Of a DNA stretch of 64,000 nt, positions 63,695 to 64,000 are shown piece after piece. Origin of the DNA: Pseudomonadota bacterium (GTDB lineage Bacteria > Pseudomonadota > Alphaproteobacteria > Sphingomonadales > Sphingomonadaceae); assembly GCA_039814925.1 (NCBI GenBank), contig JBCCAH010000010.1, positions 21,606-85,605 of the forward strand, read 5' to 3'. Position numbers and translations under genes: made by a program. The notes below the pieces were generated by a model. That model was given only the letters and a program-made list of their open reading frames with translations, was not told where the DNA came from and made no database searches. Position 1 is the stretch's first letter, and each line of letters begins with the position of its first letter.

Positions 63695-64000
63695 ATGGCC
63701 AAGAAGTTTCTCTATTTCATCGCGGTCTGCATCGTCCTCTTTCTCGTCGGGCGGATCGGATACGAGATTTTCCAGAAAGAAATCGCACAAATCGCGCTGG
63801 TCCCCAGCACCGAATTCACTCCGCAGGAGCCGTTGGAAGTGAACGCGTACGAAGATCCCGTATTGTGGATCTCGCGCCCAGGCACCGGCGTAAAAGACCC
63901 CGCCCGCTGGCAGCCAGCTTTCGCGCCAGTCGTCGGCCCGGATGGCGCCGTGATCAACGAAGGCAGAGCGGGCGAAACGCCCAACGCCCCGGACTTTGCT
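63695..64000 (+). CDS. 5' part of a membrane-anchored protein, probably DUF3089 family (truncated by the window end)
   Basis: MAKKFLYFIAVCIVLFLVG ... AYEDPVLWISRPG ... PDFA; family assignment from recall only. Confidence 0.55.
   Translation, partial: MAKKFLYFIAVCIVLFLVGRIGYEIFQKEIAQIALVPSTEFTPQEPLEVNAYEDPVLWISRPGTGVKDPARWQPAFAPVVGPDGAVINEGRAGETPNAPDFA

Noticed and set aside
1-64000. tRNA, rRNA, transposase, integrase or prophage genes
   Set aside because: None recognised by eye; a tRNAscan/Infernal run would be needed to exclude small RNAs

Overview
GC-rich alphaproteobacterial chromosome segment; gene content and order point to Sphingomonadales, probably Erythrobacteraceae (inference). It is mostly housekeeping DNA: ettA, class I lysS, a DinG-family helicase, soxR, ubiA/rsmE/gshA, yfgM-bamB, selO, astD, pyrC, ygfZ, rplU-rpmA, an FnrL/FnrN-type regulator, folB-moaADE, thrC, an aa3-type cytochrome c oxidase operon, pyrE and pdxJ-acpS-lepB. 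Accessory patches lie at about 5.3-14.4 kb and 32.8-36.4 kb. I saw no rRNA, tRNA, CRISPR array, transposase or integrase. The strongest non-routine signals are: (1) two degenerate, oppositely oriented copies of a ~200-bp non-coding element (TTTCCTAC ... TTGGA[G/C]AAGTGTCAAGC ... TATCAG ... GCTTGACA/TGTCAAGC) with conserved spacing, each upstream of an accessory gene; (2) a 78-bp REP-like palindrome found once between genes and once inserted in frame in a methyltransferase; (3) a DUF2946/CruR-like leader ORF ending in TGPP, with a hairpin over its stop, upstream of a His/Met-rich outer-membrane protein; (4) a trimeric autotransporter with phage-fibre-like stalk repeats and an unknown partner gene; (5) a perfect FNR box in front of an unknown membrane protein next to the FNR gene; (6) a half-SDR gene coupled between folB and moaA. 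All family assignments come from motif recognition by eye, with no database searches.
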